DNA of 64,000 bases from Candidatus Epulonipiscium sp. (GCA_012799415.1 JAAZLH010000356.1:9132-73131), one strand, 5' to 3'. Counted from the stretch's first letter, positions 1 to 10,683 are shown. The notes: generated by a model not told the origin, from the letters alone. Numbers and translations: made by a program.

Positions 1-740
1 CGTAGTCTTCTTTGAATAATAAAATTAGAAATGTCTGCGTTAAACCTAGTAATCATTACATATCGATTCTCTATCTTTTTAATTGCATAGTGATGGCCAT
101 ATTTTTCAAATAAACTTTGAATTATGTTTTTGACAGCAAACTCATGAAGTTTTTCCGCCCTATTATTATCTTTATATCGAAACTGAAATAAAAGAACACT
201 TCCTTTTCCAATATTAATATTAAAATTTTTAAGCTGATCTGTAATATACTGAATCTCTTGATTTCCATTAAGGGCAATATCAAAAAGCAATGTGCTAGTA
301 ATCAATGGCTTTACCTGCTCTACGATATTTTCTAGCTTATGTATATTTTCCATTGTAGAAAGATTTTTTTTCAGTTTTATTACAATTTGCTCAATTGCTT
401 TAATAACATTGTTTTTATCAATTGGCTTTAGAATATAATCTTTTACTCCAAACTTAACTGCCTTTTGTGCATAAGAAAAGTCATCGTAGGCTGTAAGAAT
501 AATACAATTTGTCTTGGGATGGTGGAGGTGGATGTGTTCTGCCAATTCAATACCCGTCATACCAGGCATTACAATATCACTAATAACAATACTAGGCCTT
601 ATAACATCAATTAAATCTTTTGCTTCTAACCCGTTAAAAGCCACCCCTGCTACCTCACATCCTAGACTCTCCCAAGGAATAGTAGCCTGTAATCCTTTTG
701 CAATGATCATTTCATCATCCACTATCACTACTTTGAACAT
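1..740 (-). CDS. Response regulator, CheY-like receiver domain (YesN/AraC-type partner of the adjacent kinase); 3' end runs off the window
   Basis: Absent from the ORF track because it has no stop in the window. Manual minus-strand translation from ATG 740-738 gives MFKVVIVDDEMIIAKGLQATIPWESLGCEVAGVAFNGLEAKDLIDVIRPSIVISDIVMPGMTGIELAEHI...LTAYDDFSYAQKAVKFGVKDYILKPID. The frame stays open to position 1. Receiver DD/D/K signature present. The start overlaps the kinase stop by 26 nt. Confidence 0.8.
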   Translation of the reverse strand, partial: MFKVVIVDDEMIIAKGLQATIPWESLGCEVAGVAFNGLEAKDLIDVIRPSIVISDIVMPGMTGIELAEHIHLHHPKTNCIILTAYDDFSYAQKAVKFGVKDYILKPIDKNNVIKAIEQIVIKLKKNLSTMENIHKLENIVEQVKPLITSTLLFDIALNGNQEIQYITDQLKNFNINIGKGSVLLFQFRYKDNNRAEKLHEFAVKNIIQSLFEKYGHHYAIKKIENRYVMITRFNADISNFIIQRRL

Positions 741-2526
741 GGTATCTCTCCCCCTCTTTTCCTATGGGAATTTGGAACTCTACCATCGTACCGATTCCTA
801 TTTCACTTTCTATATATAGGCCATAACTTTTTCCATAGATTAGCTGAAGACGATGATGCACATTACGAATGCCACTACGATTTCCTTTACTTCCTTGTTT
901 TTCTTCATTATTCTGATATTTATCACAAAATAGTTGCTCAACTTCTGCTTCTGTCATACCTATTCCATCATCAAAAATACGAAAAATGATTTTTTCTTCT
1001 TCTTGTAAGCCTTGTATATGTAAATGTCCTACCTCTTGAGAAATTTTTTTCTTAATTCCATGAAGAATGGCATTTTCTACAATTGGTTGTAGAAGTAATT
1101 TGGGAATAGGGTACAAAAGTATAGATTCTTCTATGTCGATATAGTAGTGGAAATATCCTTGTAAGCTTACTTCATATATGGACAAATAAGCTTTTATATA
1201 ATCCATTTCTTCTTTTATCATGACAAATTTTTTTTTATTATTTGCTGCCAATTTCATAATTTGAGCAAGGGATAAGGTAATTGTGGAGACTTGATCCGTC
1301 TTTCCTATTTCAACCAACCAATTAATACAATCTAGTGTATTGTAAAGAAAATGGGGATTGATCTGTGCCTGTAAAACTCGAATTTCAGCCTCTTTTAAAC
1401 TCAATTCTTCTTGATAGACTTTTTTGATTAATATATCTATTTTTTCTATCATTTTGTTAAAACTCTTACCTAATTTCCCTATTTCATCCTGTGTATTAAC
1501 ATGCACCCGTACAGAAAAATTCTCATTTTCTACCTCGTCTATCACATTCGTTAAAGTATGTAATGGTTTGACCAAGCTATAGGAACTTATAAGAGAGAAA
1601 CCAACACCTAGCAAGACTCCCACAATACCTACACTAAAGATCAGCCGGCTAAACTCTTCCGGTGCCTTTGTCAATTCACTAATGGAAATGACAGAAATTA
1701 TACGCCATCCTGAAAATTCTGAATGATAAGTAGTCACTAAAGACTTGCCAAAAGAATCTAAGTTTCTTATATAGCTAGAATTTTCGCTGGTATAAGAAAT
1801 ACTCTGAACGATTTGTTCTAGTTTGTTTTCTGCTTCTGCGTTATGAGTAATAATAGAATCCTCTGAATCAAGTACTACAATAAATCGTTTTTTATTTGAT
1901 GCAATTCCATCAATTTTTTCCCGAATGTATTTTTGATGAATGGACATGTTTAGATAACCAATAATATCTAATGAGTTTAAATCTCGGATTGCACGATAGA
2001 AAAAAACAGTATCTTCTCCCATCTTCCAAGTCACTTTCCCATCAGGATAATATAGTTGTTTATGTAGTGTAAAACTGTTTTGTTCTTTATCATTTACGTG
2101 ATGATATCGTTTAAAATATACTCTCATAGTATCTAAGTCATATAAATACACGCTATCTAATTCATGTATCATAATCGTCTGCTGCACCACATGAGAATAA
2201 AGTTGATTATCAATTTCATATTGAAGTGTTTTTTTCGTTACACCTTCTATTGGAATCTTCAAAAGTTCTTGAATATCTTCTTTCATCGAAACGGAGTTTA
2301 GTACTCTTTTAAAAGAAATAATCATATTATCTAAGCTAATACTTATTTGATGTACAATTTGGGTATCAAAAGCCTGTGCATCTCGAATTTGGGCCCTGAC
2401 CCCAATAATATAAATACTAATTTGTATTAAAAGGACTACACTAACAATGGCAATACTATGGGATAATATTAACTTATCTCTTAATTTAACAAAAGAAAAA
2501 AAAATTCTCACTTTTTCTCTCCTCAT
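715..2526 (-). CDS. Sensor histidine kinase, YesM/LytS-type (two TM, HAMP, His_kinase, HATPase)
   Basis: 603 aa. N-terminal TM, extracellular region, second TM plus HAMP-like linker. H-box QINPHFLYNTLD is typical of the YesM/LytS family. C-terminal ATPase motif FDDGIGM. Adjacent to a receiver gene and sugar ABC genes. Confidence 0.9.
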   Translation of the reverse strand: MRREKVRIFFSFVKLRDKLILSHSIAIVSVVLLIQISIYIIGVRAQIRDAQAFDTQIVHQISISLDNMIISFKRVLNSVSMKEDIQELLKIPIEGVTKKTLQYEIDNQLYSHVVQQTIMIHELDSVYLYDLDTMRVYFKRYHHVNDKEQNSFTLHKQLYYPDGKVTWKMGEDTVFFYRAIRDLNSLDIIGYLNMSIHQKYIREKIDGIASNKKRFIVVLDSEDSIITHNAEAENKLEQIVQSISYTSENSSYIRNLDSFGKSLVTTYHSEFSGWRIISVISISELTKAPEEFSRLIFSVGIVGVLLGVGFSLISSYSLVKPLHTLTNVIDEVENENFSVRVHVNTQDEIGKLGKSFNKMIEKIDILIKKVYQEELSLKEAEIRVLQAQINPHFLYNTLDCINWLVEIGKTDQVSTITLSLAQIMKLAANNKKKFVMIKEEMDYIKAYLSIYEVSLQGYFHYYIDIEESILLYPIPKLLLQPIVENAILHGIKKKISQEVGHLHIQGLQEEEKIIFRIFDDGIGMTEAEVEQLFCDKYQNNEEKQGSKGNRSGIRNVHHRLQLIYGKSYGLYIESEIGIGTMVEFQIPIGKEGERYHVQSSDSG

Positions 2527-2632
2527 TCCATAAGGCCATTTTCTAAAGTCTTTATTACCATTATATCATGTGCCTTCCTTCTTTTCATCAATAGTATTTC
2601 AGATTACTATAATAAAAGATATATTTTATTTC

Positions 2633-3451
2633 TTATTCCTTCATACCCGATATAACCATCCCTCGTACAAATTGTTTTTGAAAAATAAGAAATACAATAA
2701 GAACAGGAATCATTGTAACAACAGCCATAGCTAATAAACTATTCCAATCAACAGAAAATTGTCCTGTAAAATTGGCAATAGCTAGCTGAACCGTATATAA
2801 ATTGGGATCATTAATGACTAATAAGGGCCATAGGAAATCATTCCAACGCCACATAAAAGAGAAAATTGTTAATACTGCTAACACAGGTTTTGCAATAGGC
2901 ATAATAATCTTAGAGAATAGTTTCCATTCTCCAGCTCCATCAATACGAGCTGCTTCTAGTAAAGAGTCAGGAACAGACAACAAATATTGTCGCATAAGGA
3001 AAACACCTGTAGGCGTTGCCGCCGGTGGAATAATAATACCTAGCATTCGATTATACATTCTCAAAGTTTTTAATACTTGAAAAATAGGAATCATAATAAC
3101 TTCTAAAGGAATCATAAGAGTAGAAATAAATCCGATAAAGAACAGATTTCTTCCTTTAAACTCAAATTTAGCTAAAGCATAACCAGCCATGGTGTTAATT
3201 AAAAGAGTTAATAAGGTAGCTAAAATCGTAGAATAGGTGCTGTTCCAGAAGTAAAGCCCAAAATTTCCTTTTTTGAAGGCAATCTGAAAGTTATCTAGAA
3301 TAAACTTTTCTGGCCATATCGTCGGCGGCCAGGAAAAAAGCTCTGCTCCACTTTTAAAAGAGGATAAAAGAACCCAAATCACTGGAATCAAAAAACAAAT
3401 GGATAGTGCAATGAGAACCAAGTAAATAGTAATCTTGGTGAACCTTTTCAT
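2633..3451 (-). CDS. Carbohydrate ABC transporter permease (MalG-like, CUT1)
   Basis: 272 aa polytopic protein with EAA loop LEAARIDGAGEWKLFSKIIMP. Confidence 0.9.
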   Translation of the reverse strand: MKRFTKITIYLVLIALSICFLIPVIWVLLSSFKSGAELFSWPPTIWPEKFILDNFQIAFKKGNFGLYFWNSTYSTILATLLTLLINTMAGYALAKFEFKGRNLFFIGFISTLMIPLEVIMIPIFQVLKTLRMYNRMLGIIIPPAATPTGVFLMRQYLLSVPDSLLEAARIDGAGEWKLFSKIIMPIAKPVLAVLTIFSFMWRWNDFLWPLLVINDPNLYTVQLAIANFTGQFSVDWNSLLAMAVVTMIPVLIVFLIFQKQFVRGMVISGMKE

Positions 3452-4365
3452 AGAACTTCACCACCTTTATTTAATTTAAACTGGATCACTGTCAAACTAC
3501 TTAGAACTGCAAAAAGAATAACAGATAAAGCACTAGCATAGCCTAATTGATATCGCTCGAATCCATATTCATAAATGGTTTGAACTAAATAAGTTGTAGC
3601 TTTAGCAGGTCCACCTTCTGTTAAAGAAAATACTAAAGCATACGCTTTAAATGTATCAATCATACTTAAAATTAAAACTAGAAAACTAGTGGGCTTTAAT
3701 AAAGGGATTGTGATATATCTAAATTTCTGTATCGTAGAAGCTCCATCGATATCACAAGCCTCATAATAAGTTAGAGGAATACTTTGTAACCCCGAAATAA
3801 ACATAACCATATAAAACCCTGCCCGGCTCCATATTGTAGCTGCAATAACAGACAAATTAGAATATACAGGATCTGTAAGCCAACGAATTGGTTTATATCC
3901 CCCTATTGTTAAAATATAGTTAATAATTCCAAAATTATCCCCTAACATCCATTTCCATGTAACTCCTACAATAACAAAAGAGATCATAGTAGGCCAGTAA
4001 AAAATCGCCCTAAATATTCCTTTGAAACGAATTTTTTGGATTAATAATATAGCTAACATCAATGATACAACAAAAAGCAAAGGAACCGTAATAATGACAT
4101 ATACCAATGTTCTCTCTAAAGCTTCCCAAAAAACTCGATTTTGAAAAATTGATTTAAAATTATCTAAGCCTACCAATGTAATTTTGGATATTCCATCCCA
4201 CTCAGTAAAAGCATAAAAAAATCCAAAAATAGCTGGTATCACAATAAACATAAAAAATATACAGAAATTAGGAAGTAAAAAGAGATAAGGGGTAAAAGGA
4301 TTCCCATAGGGCTTTTGATATGGTTTTACTTTGGGCTTTACCTTAGGTTTTATTATTGGTATCAT
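3448..4365 (-). CDS. Carbohydrate ABC transporter permease (MalF-like, CUT1)
   Basis: 305 aa polytopic protein with EAA loop YEACDIDGASTIQKFRYITIPLL. Overlaps the next permease gene by 4 nt. Confidence 0.9.
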   Translation of the reverse strand: MIPIIKPKVKPKVKPYQKPYGNPFTPYLFLLPNFCIFFMFIVIPAIFGFFYAFTEWDGISKITLVGLDNFKSIFQNRVFWEALERTLVYVIITVPLLFVVSLMLAILLIQKIRFKGIFRAIFYWPTMISFVIVGVTWKWMLGDNFGIINYILTIGGYKPIRWLTDPVYSNLSVIAATIWSRAGFYMVMFISGLQSIPLTYYEACDIDGASTIQKFRYITIPLLKPTSFLVLILSMIDTFKAYALVFSLTEGGPAKATTYLVQTIYEYGFERYQLGYASALSVILFAVLSSLTVIQFKLNKGGEVL

Positions 4366-4555
4366 AAAAAAGCTCTCCTTTTTTATTTAATATTCATTCT
4401 CATATCTTAACTTTGCTATGAAACGCTCTCTAATGAGGTTCATCTAAAACTAGCAAAAAAGTAATCATAAAAGGTAGGAATTGAATTATGTTGGTTTTAA
4501 TCTATCAACACTTTGCCTTTTATTTCGAGAAAAGTGTAAGGCTTGCTTTTTAAAT

Positions 4556-4604
4556 GAACTAGGAAAGTTTAATTCCTTGCAAGCAAGATAAACTTTCCTA
4601 GTCC
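4556..4604. repeat. Family-2 palindromic repeat, copy 1
   Basis: GAACTAGGAAAGTTTAATTCCTTGCAAGCAAGATAAACTTTCCTAGTCC. The outer arms CTAGGAAAGTTT/AAACTTTCCTAG match perfectly, with an inner CTTGC-AA-GCAAG. Confidence 0.85.
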
Positions 4605-4661
4605 AAAATAGTAAGTAAAGAACTACTTTTCATTCTTTAATAATGTAATGAATCTTTTCAT

Positions 4662-5984
4662 TTACTTATCAATGGCTTCTTGACCTTTTGCTGCAACATC
4701 ATTTAACATTTCTTCTGCTGTCATTCGACCTGCCATAACTTCTACAATACCGTCCCGTAATTCATTTTGAATAGCTGGAATCAAAATAGGATCTGCCCAA
4801 TCTTGTGCCGCAGCTCCTGGGGTAACTAGTAATTCATTAGCAAAAATAGCAAACATATCTTTTCCAAAATCATAATCCAAGTTTGCATTATCTTTTCTTG
4901 GACTAATAAATAAAGATTCTTTTGCATATTTTGCATTTACCTCTTTAGATGTAAAGTATTGAATAAAATCTACTGCTCCTTCCTCTACACCTGAATTTTG
5001 AAAAGCTCCAATGTACTTACCACCTGGTACAGATGAACGAATTTTACCTTTGGGCATGTAAGTGACACCCCATTCAAATCCTTCTACATTATCACGGTAA
5101 TTCGTCAACATCCAGCTGCCTGAAAAATGCATACCTACCTGTCCTGTTCTAAATAAGTTGTTAGGATTTTCACTTCCCAGCCATACTGAATCTGGAATAA
5201 TGCCTTCTTGATGAAGCTTTACAAAAAAGTTAACAGTTTCTACTACTTCTGGACTGTTGATTACTACCTTTTTTCCGTCTTCACTTAACATGCGTCCTCC
5301 TGCCTGATAAATTAAAGTGGAGAATCTATGGGGAGTTTTATCAAAAACCATTCCATACCTTACTCCACCTTTCTCCATCACTTGTTTAAGAGCATCAGCC
5401 CACTCATCCCATGTCCAAATATTATCTGGAGAAGCGGGAACAGAAATACCTGCTTTATCAAAAGCAGTTTTATTATAGATAATCCCATTTGCTGTTGTAT
5501 CAATTGGTGCTGCTATCACCTTGCCATCTAAAATATAAAAACTTTGTAGGGAATCACTAAATTGATCAATAAACTTATCCGAATCTTTAATATACTGACT
5601 TAAATCCACCAATGTATCTTTAAATGCACCTAATTGTGTTAAACGTGATAAAGCAGGAGGCTCTCCTCCCGATATCATTACTTTCAACTTTGTTTCTAAA
5701 TCTTTATAAGGTACTTCAATCATGTTGATATTGATATGAGAATTCTTTGCTTGATACTCCTTAATAATTTCTTTCGTTACATCTCCCTCAACACCATCAC
5801 TAAACCAAACAAAATCTAGTCTTTGAACTTTTTTGTCTGTCCCTTTTTCTTGTTTAGTCGTTTTTGTCTCCACTACTCCTGAAGTATTCTCTTGTTTCTT
5901 TGCATTTTCTTCCTTGCCTCTGCATCCTCCTATGACCCCCATAACAAGAGAAAAAATGATAAGTATTGATATAATCCTCTTCAT
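4662..5984 (-). CDS. Sugar ABC transporter substrate-binding lipoprotein
   Basis: 440 aa. Signal peptide with lipobox VIGGC. Family-1 extracellular solute-binding protein architecture. First gene of the ABC cluster. Confidence 0.9.
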   Translation of the reverse strand: MKRIISILIIFSLVMGVIGGCRGKEENAKKQENTSGVVETKTTKQEKGTDKKVQRLDFVWFSDGVEGDVTKEIIKEYQAKNSHININMIEVPYKDLETKLKVMISGGEPPALSRLTQLGAFKDTLVDLSQYIKDSDKFIDQFSDSLQSFYILDGKVIAAPIDTTANGIIYNKTAFDKAGISVPASPDNIWTWDEWADALKQVMEKGGVRYGMVFDKTPHRFSTLIYQAGGRMLSEDGKKVVINSPEVVETVNFFVKLHQEGIIPDSVWLGSENPNNLFRTGQVGMHFSGSWMLTNYRDNVEGFEWGVTYMPKGKIRSSVPGGKYIGAFQNSGVEEGAVDFIQYFTSKEVNAKYAKESLFISPRKDNANLDYDFGKDMFAIFANELLVTPGAAAQDWADPILIPAIQNELRDGIVEVMAGRMTAEEMLNDVAAKGQEAIDK

Positions 5985-6050
5985 AAAATACCCTCCTTTT
6001 TAAATAAACAGTACTTACCCTTTTATTATAAAACAATCCTATTGTTATAA

Positions 6051-6088
6051 TTGTTTATTTTTTTGATATTTTGTTTACTTTTTTGATA
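6051..6088 (-). promoter_or_regulatory. Two 18-nt direct repeats, 20-nt phase, upstream of the sugar-binding-protein gene
   Basis: TTGTTTATTTTTTTGATA (6051-6068) and TTGTTTACTTTTTTGATA (6071-6088), 67-104 nt upstream of the start at 5984. They are candidate binding sites for the adjacent AraC-type response regulator. Confidence 0.4.
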
Positions 6089-6332
6089 ATTCTTACTTTT
6101 TAAGGTTTGTATTTGTTGCTTTTTTTATTTTTTCTAAAAAAGAAGGGATCTTTGGATATACATCTATACTAATTTTTTATTTTTTTCTACACTTTATCTT
6201 TTTCTTTTCTAATATATTTCCTTATAGATTCACATCAAAATTTAAGATTAATCTCTTTAAAATAGTGTAATCAAACTAATCCTATCTAAATAATACTAGT
6301 ATCATTCAACTTAAATTAAGTTGTTTTTTTCT

Positions 6333-7433
6333 CTAATTCTTATCTCTTCTATAATCCGCAAGCAATAAATCTACCATTTTCCCATAGCTTTTTACTCCCG
6401 ATTTCTGCCCATTGGATTTTAAATATTGATCATTCATTCGACTGGCTACTTCTTCTACTTTTCCTTCATAGGAATGCCATAGATCATAACTATATTGTAA
6501 ATCTCTTCTAACTCCCTCCGAATAACTGGCTCTAAGATCTTGATAAGCCACATGATCATATTTTTTAAGGGCATTCATTGAATAAACCAATGCTAACATA
6601 GTCCCTGAATATTGAAAGTCTAGATCTTCATGAGTTAGACAAGTTAAATAAGCAATATAATTTGCTTCTTCTTCCCTAGCATAACCTCGCTGATGTGCCA
6701 TTTCGTGCATGGTAGTAGCAGGAAGGGTATAATCTTCTGCAAGAATATTAACATTAGCCTCTCCTGTATACGGCATATAAATTCCTGTGATGCCAGTATA
6801 CAGCATGGCCTTTGACAAGAAAATAGGTTTCGGCCTTCCGTAATTCCCGCCTAATTCTTGGTATTGTATAGATAATTGATCATAGCCTTTTTGTGCCCTT
6901 TCAAATATACTTCGATAACCTCCTGGAATTTGGGTAACTCCATGTTCATCTTCTATCATACTACTTCGCAGATTATTGGCCTCTTGGATAAGATATTGCG
7001 AAAGATCAATTAGATCTTGCGTTGAATATTGGTCTACTGTAATACCAATGACCTCTTCAAGTGGAACTCGATGATAATTTAAGCCCCATAACCCAATAAA
7101 TCCTATATATAAAAAAGAAAGATAAGCTCCTATGATAATCAATGACCGTAAGAGTTTTTTACGAAAAATAGAGATCATTGCCCATAGGAATAATACAACC
7201 AATAATAAAAATAGAAATAAAACCAATAATTCTCCTATTGAAAAAGGAAATAAGCCAGTAAATAAACTAATCAATTGAATCATTTTTTTATTCAACCCAT
7301 TAGAATATAGAAGTTCTATCTTTTTTGGAAAATAACTTAATAAAATATTTATAGCCATGGTGATGATAGCAATTGAAATAATTATAATTCCTTTACGATT
7401 TTTACTTTTTAGACCTTCTTTGATTTTATCCAC
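6333..7433 (-). CDS. DUF3810-like membrane protein with HExxH-type metallopeptidase motif
   Basis: 366 aa. Three N-terminal TM segments, then a soluble domain containing TTMHEMAHQRGYAREEEANYIAY. Confidence 0.65.
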   Translation of the reverse strand: MDKIKEGLKSKNRKGIIIISIAIITMAINILLSYFPKKIELLYSNGLNKKMIQLISLFTGLFPFSIGELLVLFLFLLLVVLFLWAMISIFRKKLLRSLIIIGAYLSFLYIGFIGLWGLNYHRVPLEEVIGITVDQYSTQDLIDLSQYLIQEANNLRSSMIEDEHGVTQIPGGYRSIFERAQKGYDQLSIQYQELGGNYGRPKPIFLSKAMLYTGITGIYMPYTGEANVNILAEDYTLPATTMHEMAHQRGYAREEEANYIAYLTCLTHEDLDFQYSGTMLALVYSMNALKKYDHVAYQDLRASYSEGVRRDLQYSYDLWHSYEGKVEEVASRMNDQYLKSNGQKSGVKSYGKMVDLLLADYRRDKN

Positions 7434-7458
7434 CTACTTCTCTTTATTTCTTTATAGA

Positions 7459-7487
7459 CAAGAAAAGCGCAAAATGCGCTTTTCTTG
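7459..7487 (-). terminator. Hairpin downstream of prfA
   Basis: CAAGAAAAGCGC-AAAAT-GCGCTTTTCTTG, a 12-bp stem with a weak U tract. Confidence 0.5.
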
Positions 7488-7503
7488 TGAACTGAATCTT
7501 CTT

Positions 7504-8574
7504 TTATGCTGTCATATGATTTAATCGTTCTGCTTGATCTGTTGTAATAAGATGATCAATCAATTCATCTATGTCTCCATCTAAAATTGCATCTAATCGA
7601 TGTAGAGTAAGCCCAATACGATGATCTGTCACTCTCCCTTGCGGAAAGTTGTAGGTTCTAATACGTTCACTTCGATCCCCTGTTCCTACTTGACTTTTCC
7701 TTGCATCTGCTACTTCCTCTTGTTGCTTTCTTTGTTCTTCCTCATATAAACGTGCACGTAAAACTTTTAATGCTTTTTCTCTATTTTTAATCTGAGATTT
7801 TTCGTCTTGGCAACTGATGATAATTCCTGTCGGTAAATGGGTAATTCGTACCGCGGAGTCTGTCGTATTAACACTTTGTCCCCCATTCCCTGAAGATCTG
7901 AAAACATCAATACGTATGTCATTCATATTCAATTCTACATCTACATCTTCTGCTTCTGGTAGAACTGCTACTGTAACTGTTGATGTATGAATCCTTCCTC
8001 CTGATTCTGTTACAGGAATTCGTTGCACACGGTGAACTCCACTTTCATATTTCAGGCGTGAATAGGCACCTTTTCCTTGAATCATAAATATAGCTTCTTT
8101 GAATCCACCCAATCCATTTTCCTGGATGTTCATGATTTCTATTTTCCAACGATTTCGCTCTGCAAAACGGGCATACATTCTAAAAAGATCACTGGCAAAT
8201 AAAGCTGCCTCATCTCCTCCTGCCCCTCCACGTATTTCCACGAATACGTTTTTATCATCATTAGGATCTTTAGGCAAGAGCAAAATTTTTAACTGCTCTT
8301 CTATGATCCCAATATTTTCTTTACATTCATTCCACTCGTCTTTCGCCATTTGCCGTATCTCTTCATCTTCATCTTCCATAAGTAGGCGACTATCTTCTAA
8401 GGCTTGCTGAACTTCTGTGTATTCTTTATATTTCTCTACAATAGGCGTTAAATCACTGTGTTCTTTCATCAATTTAGCCCATCGTTCTTGGTCCTTAATA
8501 ACTTCCGGATCACTAATTTGTTCTGAAATTTCTTCAAAATGCTGTACTAAATCTTCTAATTTAGCAAACATCAT
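7504..8574 (-). CDS. prfA: Peptide chain release factor 1
   Basis: 356 aa. RF1 tripeptide region RIPVTES and GGQ motif [11 protein letters not shown]. Followed by prmC, as is usual. Confidence 0.97.
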   Translation of the reverse strand: MMFAKLEDLVQHFEEISEQISDPEVIKDQERWAKLMKEHSDLTPIVEKYKEYTEVQQALEDSRLLMEDEDEEIRQMAKDEWNECKENIGIIEEQLKILLLPKDPNDDKNVFVEIRGGAGGDEAALFASDLFRMYARFAERNRWKIEIMNIQENGLGGFKEAIFMIQGKGAYSRLKYESGVHRVQRIPVTESGGRIHTSTVTVAVLPEAEDVDVELNMNDIRIDVFRSSGNGGQSVNTTDSAVRITHLPTGIIISCQDEKSQIKNREKALKVLRARLYEEEQRKQQEEVADARKSQVGTGDRSERIRTYNFPQGRVTDHRIGLTLHRLDAILDGDIDELIDHLITTDQAERLNHMTA

Positions 8575-8630
8575 TCCACCTCTTTTCTTAGACTCTCTTT
8601 TATTTTACCCATTAACTACAATTTCACTCG

Positions 8631-9503
8631 CTATATATACCCTCGCCCAATAACCACACGCTCAATCCCCGCTAAATCTTTTTTAATTTCAATCTGCCCA
8701 TAACCTGCTTTTCTAAGAAGATAAGCAACTTCTGGAGCTTGCCCTTTTCCTACCTCAAAGAAGAAAAGTCCCTCTGGTTTTAAAAACGGATGACCCTCTT
8801 GAATAATTCGCCGATAAAAATCAAGTCCATCCATTCCACCATCTAAAGCATGGTAAGGCTCATATTCTCTCACTTCTCGCATCAGTTCTGGAATTTCTGT
8901 AGTAGGAATATAAGGTGGATTCGACACAATAGCATCTAATCTCCCTCGGTATGATGGGGAAAAAGATTGAAATAAATTGGACTCAATCCATTCCATTCGC
9001 TGAGATACTTGAAGCCTTCCCGCATTTTGTTTTGCCACTTGTAAAGCTTCTTTTGAAATATCTCCTGCAACGATCTGAACATTAGGCAGATAATGACAAA
9101 GACTAATCGATATGCAACCAGATCCCGTACCAATTTCTCCTAACATTTGAAAATTTTCTTCTTCATCATAAGCAATCACTGTTTCTACTAGAATCTCTGT
9201 ATCTGGTCTAGGTATTAAGACCGCCGGTGTCACCCTAAAAAGAAGCCCCATAAATTCTTGGGCTCCCTTTAAGTATTGAACAGGAATCCCCTGTACTCTT
9301 TGCTCTAATAATTGCTCATATTTTATTCTTAATTCTTGGCTTATTTCTTCTTGGGATTTGGTATAAAGTTGTACCCTTGAAAAGCCAACTGCTTCCATTA
9401 GTAATAGTTCTGCATCTAAAGCACTCTGAGGAATCTTATGTTTTAATAGATAGGTTTTTCCCTTATTTAATAATTGGGCAACTGTCATAAGACTCTCCTT
9501 CAT
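8631..9503 (-). CDS. prmC: Release factor glutamine N5-methyltransferase
   Basis: 290 aa. SAM-binding GTGSGCISI and catalytic NPPY (VSNPPYI). An alternative start at 9488 (MTVAQLL) is possible. Confidence 0.93.
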   Translation of the reverse strand: MKESLMTVAQLLNKGKTYLLKHKIPQSALDAELLLMEAVGFSRVQLYTKSQEEISQELRIKYEQLLEQRVQGIPVQYLKGAQEFMGLLFRVTPAVLIPRPDTEILVETVIAYDEEENFQMLGEIGTGSGCISISLCHYLPNVQIVAGDISKEALQVAKQNAGRLQVSQRMEWIESNLFQSFSPSYRGRLDAIVSNPPYIPTTEIPELMREVREYEPYHALDGGMDGLDFYRRIIQEGHPFLKPEGLFFFEVGKGQAPEVAYLLRKAGYGQIEIKKDLAGIERVVIGRGYI

Positions 9504-10407
9504 CTTCTAAAACTCCCTTCATAGCACAAATAGCTACAGCAATTTGATCATCATCGGGTTCTTTTGTTGTAAGTCGTTGTAGCCCTTTCCCAGGATAGCT
9601 AATCAAACGAACAAAAAGAGAATCTGATCTGCCAGCAAACCGAATGATTTCATAAGATAATCCTGCAATAAAAGGCACTAATACAATTCTGCTTAGGAAT
9701 CGCATCCACATATTTTGAAGATCAATGAGCATAAAAACACCAATACTCACAAGCATAACAATAAGCAAAAAACTAGTACCACAGCGTTTATGATATCTTG
9801 TATGTGATCTAACATTTTCTACAGTGAGTTCTTCACCTTGTTCATAACAGTTAATTGTTTTATGTTCAGCCCCATGATATTGAAATACCCGCTGGATATC
9901 TTTCATCTGAGAAATAAGTCCAATATAAATTAAAAAAATAAGGATTCGAATAACTCCTTCTACAGCCGCTCGCAATCGTCCTGTTGGAATCCAAGTATGA
10001 ATAAAACGCGTAATAAATAAGGGTGCAACCATAAATAATCCAATAGCTAAGATGATAGCTATCACTACTGTCATCCCAATAATAAAATCATCATAACGGT
10101 CTCCAAGCTTTTTCTCTAACCACGCTTCACTTTTAGAAGGTCTAGAGGGTTCCGATTCTTCTAAATCAAAGAAAGATGCTGAATAGGTTAAAGTTTTAAT
10201 CCCTATAACCATGGATTCTACAAAACCTAAAATTCCTCGTAAAATAGGCCATTTCAAGATAGAATATCGAGATGAAAGACTTCGAATAGGTTGTTTATCC
10301 ATAATAATTTCTTGATCAGGTTTCCGAACAGCTATGGCATACATGTTTTTCCCTCGCATCATAACCCCTTCCATCACCGCTTGCCCACCAATTGATGTTT
10401 GTTTCAT
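9463..10407 (-). CDS. DUF1385 (YqhQ-like) membrane protein
   Basis: 314 aa. Begins IGGQAVMEGVMMRG and contains YHGAEHK. Found in the rpmE-DUF1385-prmC-prfA arrangement seen in Firmicutes. Confidence 0.85.
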   Translation of the reverse strand: MKQTSIGGQAVMEGVMMRGKNMYAIAVRKPDQEIIMDKQPIRSLSSRYSILKWPILRGILGFVESMVIGIKTLTYSASFFDLEESEPSRPSKSEAWLEKKLGDRYDDFIIGMTVVIAIILAIGLFMVAPLFITRFIHTWIPTGRLRAAVEGVIRILIFLIYIGLISQMKDIQRVFQYHGAEHKTINCYEQGEELTVENVRSHTRYHKRCGTSFLLIVMLVSIGVFMLIDLQNMWMRFLSRIVLVPFIAGLSYEIIRFAGRSDSLFVRLISYPGKGLQRLTTKEPDDDQIAVAICAMKGVLEDEGESYDSCPIIK

Positions 10408-10473
10408 CCTAGCACCTCCTTCATTTACTGTAAAATTTGTAAGAAAAAAGGTTGAGTATACTTACCTCAACCA

Positions 10474-10683
10474 TTAGTCTTCGTTATTCACGCCGTATCT
10501 ACGATTAAACCGATCAATACGTCCTCTAGCTGCAACTGCTTTTTGTTTTCCTGTATAAAAAGGATGACATTTTGAACATATTTCTACACGAATGTTTTCT
10601 TTTGTAGATCCTGTTTCAAATTCATTACCACAGTTACAGGTAACTTTTGCTGCAAAATATTCAGGATGGATATCCTTTCTCAT
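10474..10683 (-). CDS. rpmE: 50S ribosomal protein L31 (Zn-ribbon type)
   Basis: MRKDIHPEY...CNCG...[10 protein letters not shown]. The ORF-track start at 10710 was trimmed to the ATG at 10683, which follows AAAGAGGTG. Confidence 0.95.
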   Translation of the reverse strand: MRKDIHPEYFAAKVTCNCGNEFETGSTKENIRVEICSKCHPFYTGKQKAVAARGRIDRFNRRYGVNNED

